Positions 52,101 to 64,000 of a DNA stretch of 64,000 nucleotides are shown in pieces (within the stretch, counting starts at the first letter, position 1; each line of letters starts with the position of its first letter). The notes beneath the pieces are model-generated. The model was not told the origin of the DNA. It worked only from the letters and a program-made list of their open reading frames with translations, and searched no databases. The position numbers and the translations under genes are program-made. The stretch comes from Hemiscyllium ocellatum (taxonomy: Eukaryota), in assembly GCF_020745735.1 (NCBI RefSeq), contig NC_083407.1, forward strand, positions 68,377,857 to 68,441,856. The letters are read 5' to 3'.

Positions 52101-55100
52101 AGTCTAACTGCGATCCCTCGTTACTGCTCGTTAAAGAGGGTAAAACGTTTCAAGGGCACCAGAAATCTTGGCTCAGCTGAGAATGCTATGTGTGCTTAAA
52201 TTATTGTCATGTATGACTGCATTTGTGGTATTGGGTCATTTACGTTAACCTTTTAAAATATGTCACTAATAGATGTGTTTTCAGGAATCCCTAACGTATA
52301 AAACCTCGTACATTATATTTTATTTACAACCCACTTTTGCTCTGGTCGATCCACAGACCAGTTAATGGTGAGCTAATCTAGTCGCTTGCACAGTTGGTTC
52401 AGTGCAATCTCTCTATTTTTTGAATGCACTTCCGTGCTGTTGCTCGACAAAGGTTCAGCTCTATTTGCGAATGTAGAACGGCTAATGGCAACTCGCACCA
52501 AAACAAAATGCAGGAAACGCGCAGTCAGTTCAAAACAAACCTGAGACTGGTGACAACTTTCAAAAAATGGAAAACAGTCCTGGTACTTTTCTCGATAATT
52601 GATTTTGAGTCCGCCCCTGTCACTTTCAGAGATTGAAGGCCATCGTCATCACCACCATCACTGACCCCCACTACTCCCGCTCCACCACCCCCAACCGCCC
52701 CATACATCCCGGTCAACATATTACAAGGCTAAGATGGAAGCTAACCTTATGAAAAGCTGGGTTCTAAGCAAGGCACTGTACAAAATTTCAGATATAGATA
52801 GTGCACAAGATACAGCATTAAATAGTCCTAAGAAACCATAGGTTAATCCTGATGTTTATTTGGAAGACGTTGCCCCAGAATCATTGGCTAGTTGCTGCTA
52901 GGACAGCCAGGTCCGGTTTTCTCAAGATTCTTGATGATCCAACATGCAAATCGATAAGGTTTTACTGAAGTGAACATATGAAAGTACCGTGTCGTACAAA
53001 TGCAGAAACACGTTCCGATTTGGAAATGGTTCCGCACTCTACTGCAATGACTCCACATATTCGACTAAAACAAGTCTGCAGTATTCTTCTGACCGTTTAC
53101 ACGAGGCTATCTTCAATCATATGCCCCTGAACAGGTTAAACCACATCATCTACTTTCAGAGCTGATTGCACCTCGAAGAATAGTCGAGTGCTGACAAAAG
53201 TTACGAAATATACGAGTCAGAAACCGTCCATTCTTTACAAAAAACATAGTTAAGTGTGATGAACTTAAATTGCTAAATAATCAGTTAAATTGCACGGAAG
53301 TATTGCGTGCAACTGTCAAAAGAAAACAATATTCCAATCAAATTCTTTCATTATTTCAAAATGGAATCCATGAACTTCAGAAGAAATTGTGGAAACTGAA
53401 ATGTGTTGATTTTGTATTTATAAACTCCACGTAAACAAACACAATGATAATTCACAAAGCTTTGTAATTTTCTAATTAGAAACCATAATGTGTTATATTA
53501 TACAAGTTCGCATATGGAAAGCTTACTATATTCATTCAGTAATTTTGTGTTCTATGTTTAGGCCATTGTTTAGATTGTGATACCAGTGAAATGAACAGGT
53601 ATTTCATTTATATTACTATTCCAGGCAGTAGCTCATCTGATCGGTCACTAATGATTGATATTGCATTTGAAAGAAGTGGATTATATCCCATATAGCTATA
53701 ACAAAGTTTGGTACTTTCTACCAATTTCTAATTTCTAATTTTAAGAAATCTGGTAAATAGGACTCAATATTAGTAGATTGTGATTAAACAGAAACATAAA
53801 TTGTGCAATGACCAATTATTTTTAAAATATTGCTGTTAACACGTTATTCGAAAAAGGATATGCCAGATTTATGATTTAGTATACATCTTTTAAAGTAAAA
53901 ACTGCAAAGATATGTTAACAAAATAAGACAAATATGAAGTCAATAGGAAGGCCCGATGCAAATGCTGAATGGTATATGCAGGAATTTAGTCATTTGCAAA
54001 TTCCGCGGCAACTGTATGCTTTCAAAGTCTTTAAACTCACTTCCCCCTGAATTATACATAACATAGCTTTACAAGATCAGATTAAAACTGCTGACCGCAA
54101 AATGAACAAGGCAGGTTTTTATATGAGCAACAGAAAAGCAACTGGAATGTCATTACTCAAACCCTCTCTTAAGATTTAGTTGCGAGGAAAGTAAAGTGTA
54201 AACTCAAATTGATGCTAACTTAAAAAAGGTACAATGAGAAGTATTCACTTGTAGATACACAGACAGACAGAAAGTGCTAATCAAAAGATAGGCAAAATAG
54301 ACACGTTGTGCTGTAGGTAGATGGGTTTTAGATTCCGAACGTGAAATACCGAATATATATTATCTGCTCTTTATATGAATGGAGAAACTTCGTTCAAACG
54401 ACTCTAATTCTATGTTTTACCAAATGAACGAGTTAATGACACGGCACCTAACAAGCTGCTGATATGAATTTGACTGCACACTGCCCCTGGCGATTAAACA
54501 GAGCAAGTCGTCTTGTGCTATATACACTCACATCAACTGACTTTGAGTTAGAGCTTCGTTACTGAGTGTTCTGACAGGTAAATGACTCTGAGTCAACCGT
54601 CATCACGGAAATAGACTAGGGGAAAATATTCACAAACCCAATAGCCAAACGATTCAAATACTTCGATTTGCTTATAAATTTCCCGAAGCACTTGTAATTG
54701 TTCAGTTCGCGATTTCATTTATCAGACTTTGCATTTTGGCCTTAACGAAAGTGATATGTCGCAGTTCGTATGGTCTCACCATTTAACTTTATTCTGTAGC
54801 ATGACATAGAGGGATGTACACACCAGGACAAATGACTTGAGAATGGGTGGTGAAATAAACAACCCAGTCATCAACGCGTTTACCTTTTGTGTCAGCCATT
54901 TGTGTTAAAAAGTTAGTTGAAATATGTTGATTCCTGATGTAAGCATATTTCTGGTAGTTTACAACGTCCGGTGTTATTAACGAAAGTTGACAGGTTGCCG
55001 ATTATAAAGGAAGGAAGCTCTATATTCTTTATATCCCTGTCAAGGGGACGGTCAGCCTTCTCTAGTTGTTTAAAGAGGGTTCAACGGGTCTGATGGTAGG

Positions 55101-55265
55101 ATTTCTAAAGTCACAAGTACACCGTACAGGCAATTGTACTTTGGACGTTTATTAACACTTCGAAATTTTAACGATGTCATAAACATATCACTTTATGTAA
55201 CTATATACTTCATGGACCTGGTTATTATGCCAGTTAGTATGATTTTACAGAAAAATAGCACATAA

Positions 55266-55406
55266 CTGTGTTCTGGGAAGGGTCACCGGGCCCGACACGT
55301 TAACTCTGATTTCTCTTCACAGATGCTGCCAAACCTGCTGAGTTTTTTCCAGCAACTTATGTTTTGTTTCCGATTTACAGTATCCGCAGTTCCTTCGTTT
55401 TTTTTT
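55266..55406 (+). mobile_element. Penelope-type short repeat with a degenerate hammerhead core, 0.7 kb upstream of HoxD1
   Basis: ttctgggaagggtcaccgggcccgacacgttaactctg...cagatgctgccaaacctgctgag...ccagca resembles abundant elasmobranch Penelope-derived repeats (from recall). Confidence 0.7.
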
Positions 55407-55927
55407 AAAGAAGCAAGGCTGTTTGCTGGCGGTGCTTTCCAAACTGCACACGCAGGGATAGAGGTAGTGCAATGCTATAAACTCAACTTCAGAGACCATT
55501 TGCTTTGTTATTTCACGCTGTGTTCATTCTAGATTTCCTGGTGCTGTAATTATTGTAACTAATTCAGTGGAGCTTGTCACGATTGTACTCCTCCCACCCC
55601 TCCCCCTTTCGTGATCGTTCTAACGTAAACTAACCAAGTCTACTGACAGAAGACTGCGTGCTTTACTGTAAGCGCCACGATCACACAACTCAAGTCTCAC
55701 ATTTTTCCGCGGCGGTTACACTCCGCCCACACTCAAAGCGACTATCTTACCTTAGGACGGGCTATCGGAGGATCGTTCGCTGTATGAGTAACGTTAGTGA
55801 ATGCCTCTGCGGGATGTGCTGATGATGTGATCTCAGTGGAAGGTGAGCACTGGAAGAGTCCACTCCTCTCCGTGGATCAGCAAGGAACTCCGGACGCCAT
55901 GGCATCGCGCTGGCGACGGCCGCTCTG

Positions 55928-55970
55928 ATTGGGTGGCTGGAGCCACGTGCCTGCCTTGGTCTATATTAGG
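55928..55970 (+). promoter_or_regulatory. HoxD1 core promoter (inverted CCAAT, E-box, TATA-like)
   Basis: ATTGG 55928, CACGTG 55944, TATATTA 55962. Confidence 0.7.
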
Positions 55971-56081
55971 AATATTTACTTCCTTTGCGAAGGAAGTGAA
56001 AAATCTGCTATGGTGATCAGGGGTAGACAGCAATCAACTAAAGCAACGCATCTTATTCTGCTGCAGCCCGTCATTGGAAGA

Positions 56082-57389
56082 ATGAACTCTTATTTAGAAT
56101 ACATTCCTAGCACAGACATTCTGACGTTTACGCCTAAGTTCTGTCACAGTAATCCTCCAGCAGTCTCCCTGCAGCAGTGCTTCGGACAAGGTCGGTATGT
56201 TTCAGCTGAGCCAGTAGATGATCCATCTCCCACCCCACCTCACCTTCATCAGTCGGCGCCTGCTACTCTCGAACTTTCCTATGACTCCTCTCCATCTGCA
56301 GATGTGCACTTCTTACCCCAGAGCAACGTCGGCTATGACTTTCCTTATGCTGCTAACCAGGAGCAGGATGACACTGGGGAACTGCTCCCATACATCACCT
56401 CTGTTTACTCAGGAAGCGCCTCTTTTCCGCTCACTGCGCGCCAACACGAATACAACAATGTCTTTGTTGAGCAGGAACAACACCAAACCTATGGCAAGGA
56501 GTTCCCAAACTTTTACCCTGGGCATTATCAGAGTCTGTCGACGTCTCAGAGCAGATACCTAAGGTCGGAGTCTCCTACAGGACAGAAAATCGCTGCAGCA
56601 AATACCTTTGAGTGGATGAAAGTGAAGCGAAATCCTCCAAAAACAGGTCAGTATATTATCTCGGAAACCTGAGCTGAAAGTGGAAAACTAAATCCATACG
56701 CCTTTTAAAGTTCTCCAAAACAGTTTTTTAAAATTTAACCCTTTCATTGACAGAGCTTCATTATGTTAATAGTGCCCTGCAAGTTTAAACTACTGTTTGA
56801 ATAATTTCACCTAACGTCTTTCCATTCCCAGTCACATGATCCCTATTATGTATGTTTCGCCAATATCATGGATAATTGAATCATATTCGATGCCGCTTTC
56901 AAGAGTGTGTTGGTGGGAGTGGGGTTGGGTAGTAATACTGTGAGGGGAATGAGCTAACCAACTTTTCTGCACTCCATCAGAATACAGTGCCTAACTATTG
57001 TGTGCCCTTTTGTAGCTAAAGCAACTGACTATGGGATCCCCAGCTCACCCAGCACAGCTCGTACAAACTTTACTACCAAACAGTTGACGGAACTGGAGAA
57101 GGAATTTCATTTTAATAAATACTTGACACGAGCCAGACGGGTGGAAATAGCGAACGTACTACAACTCAGTGAAACCCAGGTGAAGATTTGGTTCCAGAAC
57201 AGGAGGATGAAACAAAAGAAAAGGGAGAGAGAAGGTTTTCTTGCCAATTTGGCTGCTGTGAACTCTACTCAGGATTCACTTTTTACAGAAAGTTCGGATA
57301 AATCGGACACTGCCTCACCTTTGCCTTCCCCATCAACAAAAAAATCATCAGAAAATCTAAACTTTGTTGAGCCGAAGCAAATGCTTTGA
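56082..57389 (+). CDS. HOXD1: Homeobox protein Hox-D1; exon 1 56082-56646, exon 2 57016-57389; about 312 aa
   Basis: MNSYLEY start; [15 protein letters not shown] hexapeptide; labial-class homeodomain [58 protein letters not shown]; AATAAA at 58174. Confidence 0.95.
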
Positions 57390-60300
57390 GGGATTGGGCC
57401 TTAACTTTCATCAATTTTTTGACCGAAAATGCTGGAATCATTTAGCACCTGACCAAAGTTTCACCTTTATTACAATGTTGGCACGTGATGCAAACTCGGT
57501 TGTTTGTATATATTGGTTTGAGGTGACTAAGTTCTGTAAAAATATTAATCTAGACTCAATTGTTTGGCCAAAGTTTCTACTTTGACCTGCAATGTGTATC
57601 AACACAAATGGAATTGACAGTTACTTGCAAAGGCGGAACACAATCTATCACTCAACTAGTGTGAAAAGACTTTCTTTTCTTAATACGTTTGCACAAGCAT
57701 TAGGCAGCCTTTATAAAGTCTCAACAACAGCAAGCTTCCACAATGTGGAGCAGGTCTTTCCTCTACATACTGCCTTGCTGAGACTTCTACTTGCGCAAAG
57801 GAAATTGTTTACATGTACTGTATTTTTTAATTGATTTATGTGTGATGACATTGACGAATGTAATGTAGCATGTTCGACATAGCTCCTCAATGAGTGGAGT
57901 TTGCACAATTATGCCTCAGGTTGAAAGGTTGTGGTTGCTGCAATGTAACACTGTGCCTATCTAGCATTCTTTCACTGGTAAATATGTTACTTGGCTACTC
58001 TACCTCTGTGTTAATTACCATTGTGTATTCAAGACTAGTCATGTCGCATTCAGCTGTATAATGAAATAATTTAAATCTTTTAATTTAATCTTATGATCGG
58101 AAACGTTTGTCAGCTTCAGTAATTCTGATTGTTCGATATAAAGTCCAATGGTAATGATGTATAAATGCCGTGGAATAAAATATATCAGAATATATCAATC
58201 ACTTGAAAATCTCTCGAATTTTCTGTAAGTGCACTGAATTGGATTCAAGAGTTTGATCAGGACATCTGCTTTGATCTGGAAAGTGCATCAAGAAAACTTT
58301 TTATCTGTGCAGTGCAAATATGGTTGAGTCAACCAGTGTAAAATCAATTCCATAGACTGGTGCAGAAAACAAGCAAGAAGGACACTTTCTGTTTTCAACA
58401 AACTCTTGATCATTCTCTATAATTTTAGTTCAATCAGCAGTAATTTTATATTTCATGATTTTATAAACTATGTTATCAAAATATGTCTGAAGTCGAAATG
58501 GGGGACTTTAACTTTTTTTTCTTTTATTGTCATTTTTGTTACTACAGTTACATCAATAATAATGTTTGAAGAATATACTTACTGTCAGCTCTCCTCTGAA
58601 GCCAGGAAGAATGGGCCTTTGCATTATTAACAAGTTATAATGAGTCCATTTGGAATACACATCTTTACTCAGCAACTTTCTACCTAATGATCGATACAAG
58701 AGAGGGAATACATTCATTCAGCTTCCTAATCAATTGAACCAAAGATGTTCGTATTTCAGAGGCGTGTGCTCAATAATGAATTCTGCAACTATACGCTAGC
58801 GAGCTAAATGGATCTTATATATAACGCGTATCTTTAGACATAAACATAAAGTATCTCTCATTGGCATTGCACAAGGAAGTGAGTCACACAGTGATGGTGC
58901 TGTTAAAAAAAAGTATCTACATCATTCCATTAAGACAACCAAAATGCCCAGACAGCTGCTCAATCAGAAACATCATGGCTGTCTAATTTGTCAATCGCAA
59001 TATCAGTTAAAAATGACTTCCCATATTTAACCTCTGATCATTCCCTCTGGCGACTTGCAATATTGCACTAATGTCAGCTAGTTTACAGGCTAACTGCAGA
59101 CATAAACGTGATGCTTTTTTGTACTGATTTAAGGCTTGAGTAACGTTAAATTTAACACAACGATTTAATCAGCCAAATTAATTTTTGTTTCATATCACCT
59201 TGGTAGCTTAATTCGTGTTTATAATAATAAAATAATAATTTCAAGCAGCCACTTACTGATTTAATGGCTGTGAAAAGAAATGGCAAAAGACCATATTTGT
59301 AGAGTATTATGAGCTCGGGATTCCTCTTCCCGCTCTGCAGTTATGAGCGCAGATCAAAAACACAAAATGTTGCACAAAAAAGTCAGTATGTTTTAAAATA
59401 TGCAGATTATGTTAAAACGTGCTTTGCGAAGCATCGTTATGAACAATAGAAATAAAATATATGCAAACCCCTATCTTTAGGCTACTCGTTGTTTCCAAAA
59501 TTGTTAATTTTTGTAAGGCAAGGAAAGGGTACCATTAACGACACAAGACGAACCACTTCAATTTTGATAATCTCTTGGGTTTGGGAGTTTGCTTTCTTGC
59601 TTTTGTGCATCACCACTAACTGGAGAATCGCCACTCGGAATGTCAGTACATATTCCAGATCAACTCCGGGTTGTCAAATTCAACAAAGCGGAGCAACACA
59701 AATGAGCATGCTGATATTTTTCTCTCAAACGTTTGGGCCATTTGGTCCTAACAACTTAGTGTTAATTACTGTCCGGCTAAAACAACACACAATACTGGCC
59801 GAGAAGCGGTATTTCAAAGAATTGCTGGTCGTAAAATTTACAATGGTCTCCTTGGGAATCAGCTCGGAGATCTTTGAAATGGAATCCACAATTCTTTGAT
59901 GATGGCGCGCAGTGGACAACCGTACTGCACCGTGCCCAGAGAGAGAAAGAAACGTTTTATCTGATGTTTATTTTGTTTTTCGATAGTGACACATACTTCT
60001 TGCAAGCCAGGAGACCAGTTTAAAAATTGGACATTTTCAACAGTATGAATAAGTAATGCTAGGTTACGCCTCGGGAAATGGCACATCCTGGTGCGATTGC
60101 ATGTTATAAACTTGCAGGTCTTTTGTCTTGTCCCGAGTTGTTGGGCGCCTATTGTTCGCTTTTATGTTATCATACCTCTGATCCCAGTAGTGATTATTAC
60201 CCAAAGCCCCTGAAGACGTAGGGGGAATGCCAGGGATTTTATTATTACAATACAAAAACTGTTCGTAACTGTGACTGTATTGTAAGGGTCACAATAGTCG

Positions 60301-60432
60301 TTTGCACTTGTTTGATATTCAGTTTTACTTCTGCCCTGAGCGGAAGGACTATTCAATATTTACTCTGTCTGAAAGGGGTTGTGGAAGGGTGAACCGTAAC
60401 AGGCATCCCACCGATCCCACCCCCAAGCACCA

Positions 60433-60449
60433 GGTTCACTGAAAGTTCA
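60433..60449 (+). promoter_or_regulatory. DR5 RARE 3' of HoxD1
   Basis: GGTTCA-ctgaa-AGTTCA; one base from the Hoxa1 3' RARE (GGTTCAccgaaAGTTCA), including the 5' CA flank. Confidence 0.85.
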
Positions 60450-61173
60450 TGAGAGAACCAAAACGATCTGGATCGATCCCTAGGCGTCTGCCATTTCTTT
60501 TGCGATCAATGTATTAGTAAAGATGTTTCAATATCAGACGTGAAATATCTGTATGAGCTTTCCCACCAACTTGCTTTACATGTTTGAAGTCATAAATTAA
60601 GGCAAGCTTGTCTTCATATAGAATTAAAGTTCAAAGCTCATTGTAGCACGGAATGTATGAATATTTAACGTCACTTTATGACTGACGACCAATTAATATA
60701 CCAGCAAAACCTAATGGCAAATAATAAGAACGTACCGCTGATGGGTATTCGCTGTTACCCGTTATTCAGTTTTATTTGTTCGCTGTAGCATTTTTCTCTA
60801 AAACTTGCATATTTAAAGATTAACTAGGCTGTTAGATTGATAGATCAACTTCTGAGTTTCGTTTTTGTGGAAAAAAAATCATACACATATGTGGTAAGCG
60901 TTTTGGAGCAGGGAAAACATCCTTTTTTGTTTGTCTCCAGTGACATTTTTACCCAGTGTCACGTAGAAAGCATGCTGTAGGAAGTAAAGTTCTATGCTCC
61001 AAGACTGTAAAAACAATCATAAAACCATTCGAAAGCAGAATTATCCGTTTTGTTTAAAATGCGCCAGTTTACCCGAGAAATGTGTAACGAATATCACCAT
61101 TAGTTGGGCATTTTCGGGTGCGAACAAAACAGCCAGAAAAGCCAGTTCGAATAAGCCAGTGATGATGCAGAGT

Positions 61174-61414
61174 CATGATTTGGAGATGCCGATGTTGGAC
61201 TGGGGTGTACAAAGTTAAAAATCACACAACACCAGGTTATAGTCCAACAGGTTTAATTGGAAGCACTAGCTTTCAGAGCGACGCTCCTTCAGGTGATAGT
61301 GGAGGGCTCGATCGTAATACAGAATTTATCACCTGATGAAGGAGCGTCGCTCCGAAAGCTAGTGTGCTTCCAATTAAACCTGTTGGACTATAACCTGGTG
61401 CTGTGTGATTTTTA
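61174..61414. mobile_element. Penelope-type fold-back insertion with about 85-bp inverted arms and a 12-bp TSD
   Basis: Arms 61215-61298 and 61327-61415 are near-perfect reverse complements; TSD ATGATG(C/T)AGAGT at 61162-61173 and 61415-61426. Confidence 0.85.
61330..61364 (+). ncRNA. Minimal type-I hammerhead ribozyme motif within the Penelope-type repeat
   Basis: CAC-CTGATGA-A-GGAGC(GTC)GCTCC-GAAA-GC-TA-GTG: both catalytic boxes, stem II, palindromic AGCT stem III and CAC/GTG stem I. Confidence 0.7.
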
Positions 61415-64000
61415 ATGATGTAGAGTGGTAGCATTTCATTGGCTCTCCCCTATTTTAACACGCGGATTATTCAGATGCTGAATGTTGACGAATAACGTTT
61501 GTCTCCTGTTTATTTTGGTATTTACTAACACTGTAGCTGTCACCGGATGAAGGCACTCTTTGAATAATTAGTTATTTCATCGGGCTGTCCGGTGAGAATT
61601 TTGACGTACAGTCACAATACGTAAATTCAGGAGGCCGGAAATTCAAATTGTTGACACAACATCAAATCGTAACTAAATAAGTGAGAAATTATACAACTAA
61701 ATATGTTAAAAGTTGTTTGACATATACACTTTGCATCCTTCTAGCAAACTGAGGTATTTCAATCCCACCAATTTCGCGCTACCTATCGCACCAATCTGTA
61801 GTTTACAGCCGATAACAAGACTGAATGAAAGCGTTTCATTATCTTGCCTTCCATCATACAGATGTATAGCATCGTAGTGCCGACACTACGGCTTTAGTTC
61901 ACGGTTACACAATGTAATCCGATGTAAAGAGAATTGCTCCTGATACGACTCTTGATATTTCCGACCATTCCCTTTTGCAGCACAGTAGTCACCTTGTATG
62001 TTTAATAGGATTGACAATGGAACTTACATATTGACACTTGCTACATGTGGTGGTTGGCGTATTTATTCGTTATACAGTGAATAGATTGGCAGCTATCCAA
62101 TTTCAATGTTGTGTGACCATTTCAGTTAATTTAACAATTTGCTTTCGACTTGCAGCTCTGTCTTTGGTATCGCTTTCTTAAATAAAAAGAAGTCAGCCAC
62201 AAGGAAACAAGGGGTCAACCTTCGCCAATTAGCGCGACATCAATTAGCTTCCAATGAAGTTGTGTCAGATTATAGCCAATTAGATTTTTGAAATAGAGAG
62301 TCTGCAAACAGAACTGAGGTGAGTTTAAATTTGGTCAGCAGGACCAGCAAGTCGAAAATTCACATTGTCACATTAACTCTGTTCCATATGATAACAACTC
62401 TGTGCATGTGTTTCGTTAAGTCGCTCAATTTCACCCTTTGAAACATGAACTCATTTGCATGGGGCTTACTAGTGGCAAGAAACACCCCTTGACATTGTGT
62501 ATATTTTGGGTTAAGAATTGAGTTATAAGTGGACTACTATACTCTGCTCATCCTGCAAATGTTCAACATTTGCATCTCCGGCATCTCCAAATCATCCTGC
62601 AAATGGGTTGCTTAAAGAAATCCATCGCCATTTCTTCTGGTCGGCTGTTAAATTTTGGATTTGTTCTGCAGACATTAACCACGAAGAAAGTGACCAGTTA
62701 ATCTGTCAGGACTGTGACAAGCTTCATTTGTTATCGGCAGGTTGCATTGTAGCAACTCAGTAGCAAGAGTTAATTGCAGTATCCTCTGCTGCTGGGATTA
62801 GTTAAAATGTGATTCAGTATGAACAGAAACAGCACAATAAAGATGAACATCTTTGCATGAAAATTCAAAGTAATTCAACTTAAAAGCGTGCACTAACAAA
62901 CACAGTTCTGACTAGGCAGAATTTGTTAGCTCTGGTGAACGACTGATGCCAATGGTAGATTAAATGAGTCATTGTGTCAAATCAGCATATTTAATAATTA
63001 ATTAAGTTCGATAAATCTGAAGAATGTAGAACATAAAATACAGGGTAGAAAAACTGATTAGTATTCTAAACGTGATGAAATTGGTAAGTAAAGTTTGGCA
63101 GCGTAGTTATATTCAGTGTAAACATTTTCTATAGGAAGTGCTTGGATTTTATATGGGATAATTTAAATCAAGTACATTCCGATCAGTGTGGATTAATCCA
63201 AACATGACCTGCATCAATAAGTGCACCGTAACTATGTTGCTCCCGGCAATCAGCGAAATGCCTGCTAAACAAAAAATGATAAGCTTCACGTTCCCATTCT
63301 CCTTTTGTAGAGGAATGCGTTAACGTTCGATTTGCCAGGGGTTAGATGGCACAAGCCTCCTGACTGATCAATATGTTTTACAAAGTCATCAGAAAATCAC
63401 TGCATGCCTTGTATATGCCGCTCTGATACAAACTTTCAAAGCTCTAGTTAACAGACAGTCATAAGCGTAGATTACAAAGCTTCTGCGCGATCCCAGCACG
63501 TATTTTAAAAATAATGAAATAATCGCAATTTCTTATGTGATCCGACCTATTCGAACCACAGAGAAATTCTTTAATGGTGGAAGAGACACTACCCTTCCTC
63601 TGATCTCTGGCCTATTATGAGTTCTACCAAAATACCCCAGCGCACCGTTAAAGTATAAGAAGATTTCGGAAACAATGGTTTCATAATTTCAGGAGCGAAA
63701 TGAATGTTTAGGGTCGAAAATAAAATCATTTTTGGAGTAAAGGAGGCGAACAATATCCGATCTACTTGACATTTCATGCGCAGTTTTAAATCATCTCTCT
63801 TGTCTCCTTTCAGAGCAAGTAATGGTGAACGTCTGCTTATTTGAATAATCATAATACAATTCATTTCCAAATTGACAGACATGAAACAACTACTCGTATT
63901 TATTTTACTCAACGATTCCCATTTGGGGTCTACAAATTATTTTGAATTATGTAGGTAGTATTAAATGAGGTGTTATCCCCAACTACAATACAAACAGACT

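Noticed and set aside
59489-59899. 136-aa ORF 3' of HoxD1
   Set aside because: TTG start, no motif and no splice support.

Overview
AT-rich vertebrate genomic DNA holding the 3' (anterior) part of a cartilaginous-fish HoxD cluster, all on the + strand: HoxD8, HoxD5, miR-10b, HoxD4, HoxD3, HoxD2 and HoxD1. Each gene has two coding exons, with a hexapeptide in exon 1, a phase-1 intron and a homeodomain in exon 2. Intact HoxD5 and HoxD2, plus HE1-type SINE, CR1 and Penelope-type repeats, point to an elasmobranch (shark). Recognisable regulatory elements include four DR5 retinoic-acid response elements, CTCF motifs, a near-perfect miR-196 site in the HoxD8 3' UTR and several conserved non-coding promoters. 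The main observation is that the apparently empty HoxD8-HoxD5 interval seems to contain two decayed genes in the collinear positions of paralogues 7 and 6. One is a ghost HoxD7 (about 5670-6920) with a well-preserved Hox7-type promoter and 5' UTR, ATG>GTG and homeobox fragments. The other is a ghost HoxD6 (about 12310-13150) with a decayed start, a Hox6-type linker and an in-register decayed homeobox. Nine sites share an inverted CCAAT / E-box composite at 10-11 bp spacing, and one Penelope-type insertion carries an intact-looking minimal hammerhead ribozyme. All alignments were done by eye against remembered reference sequences and need computational confirmation.
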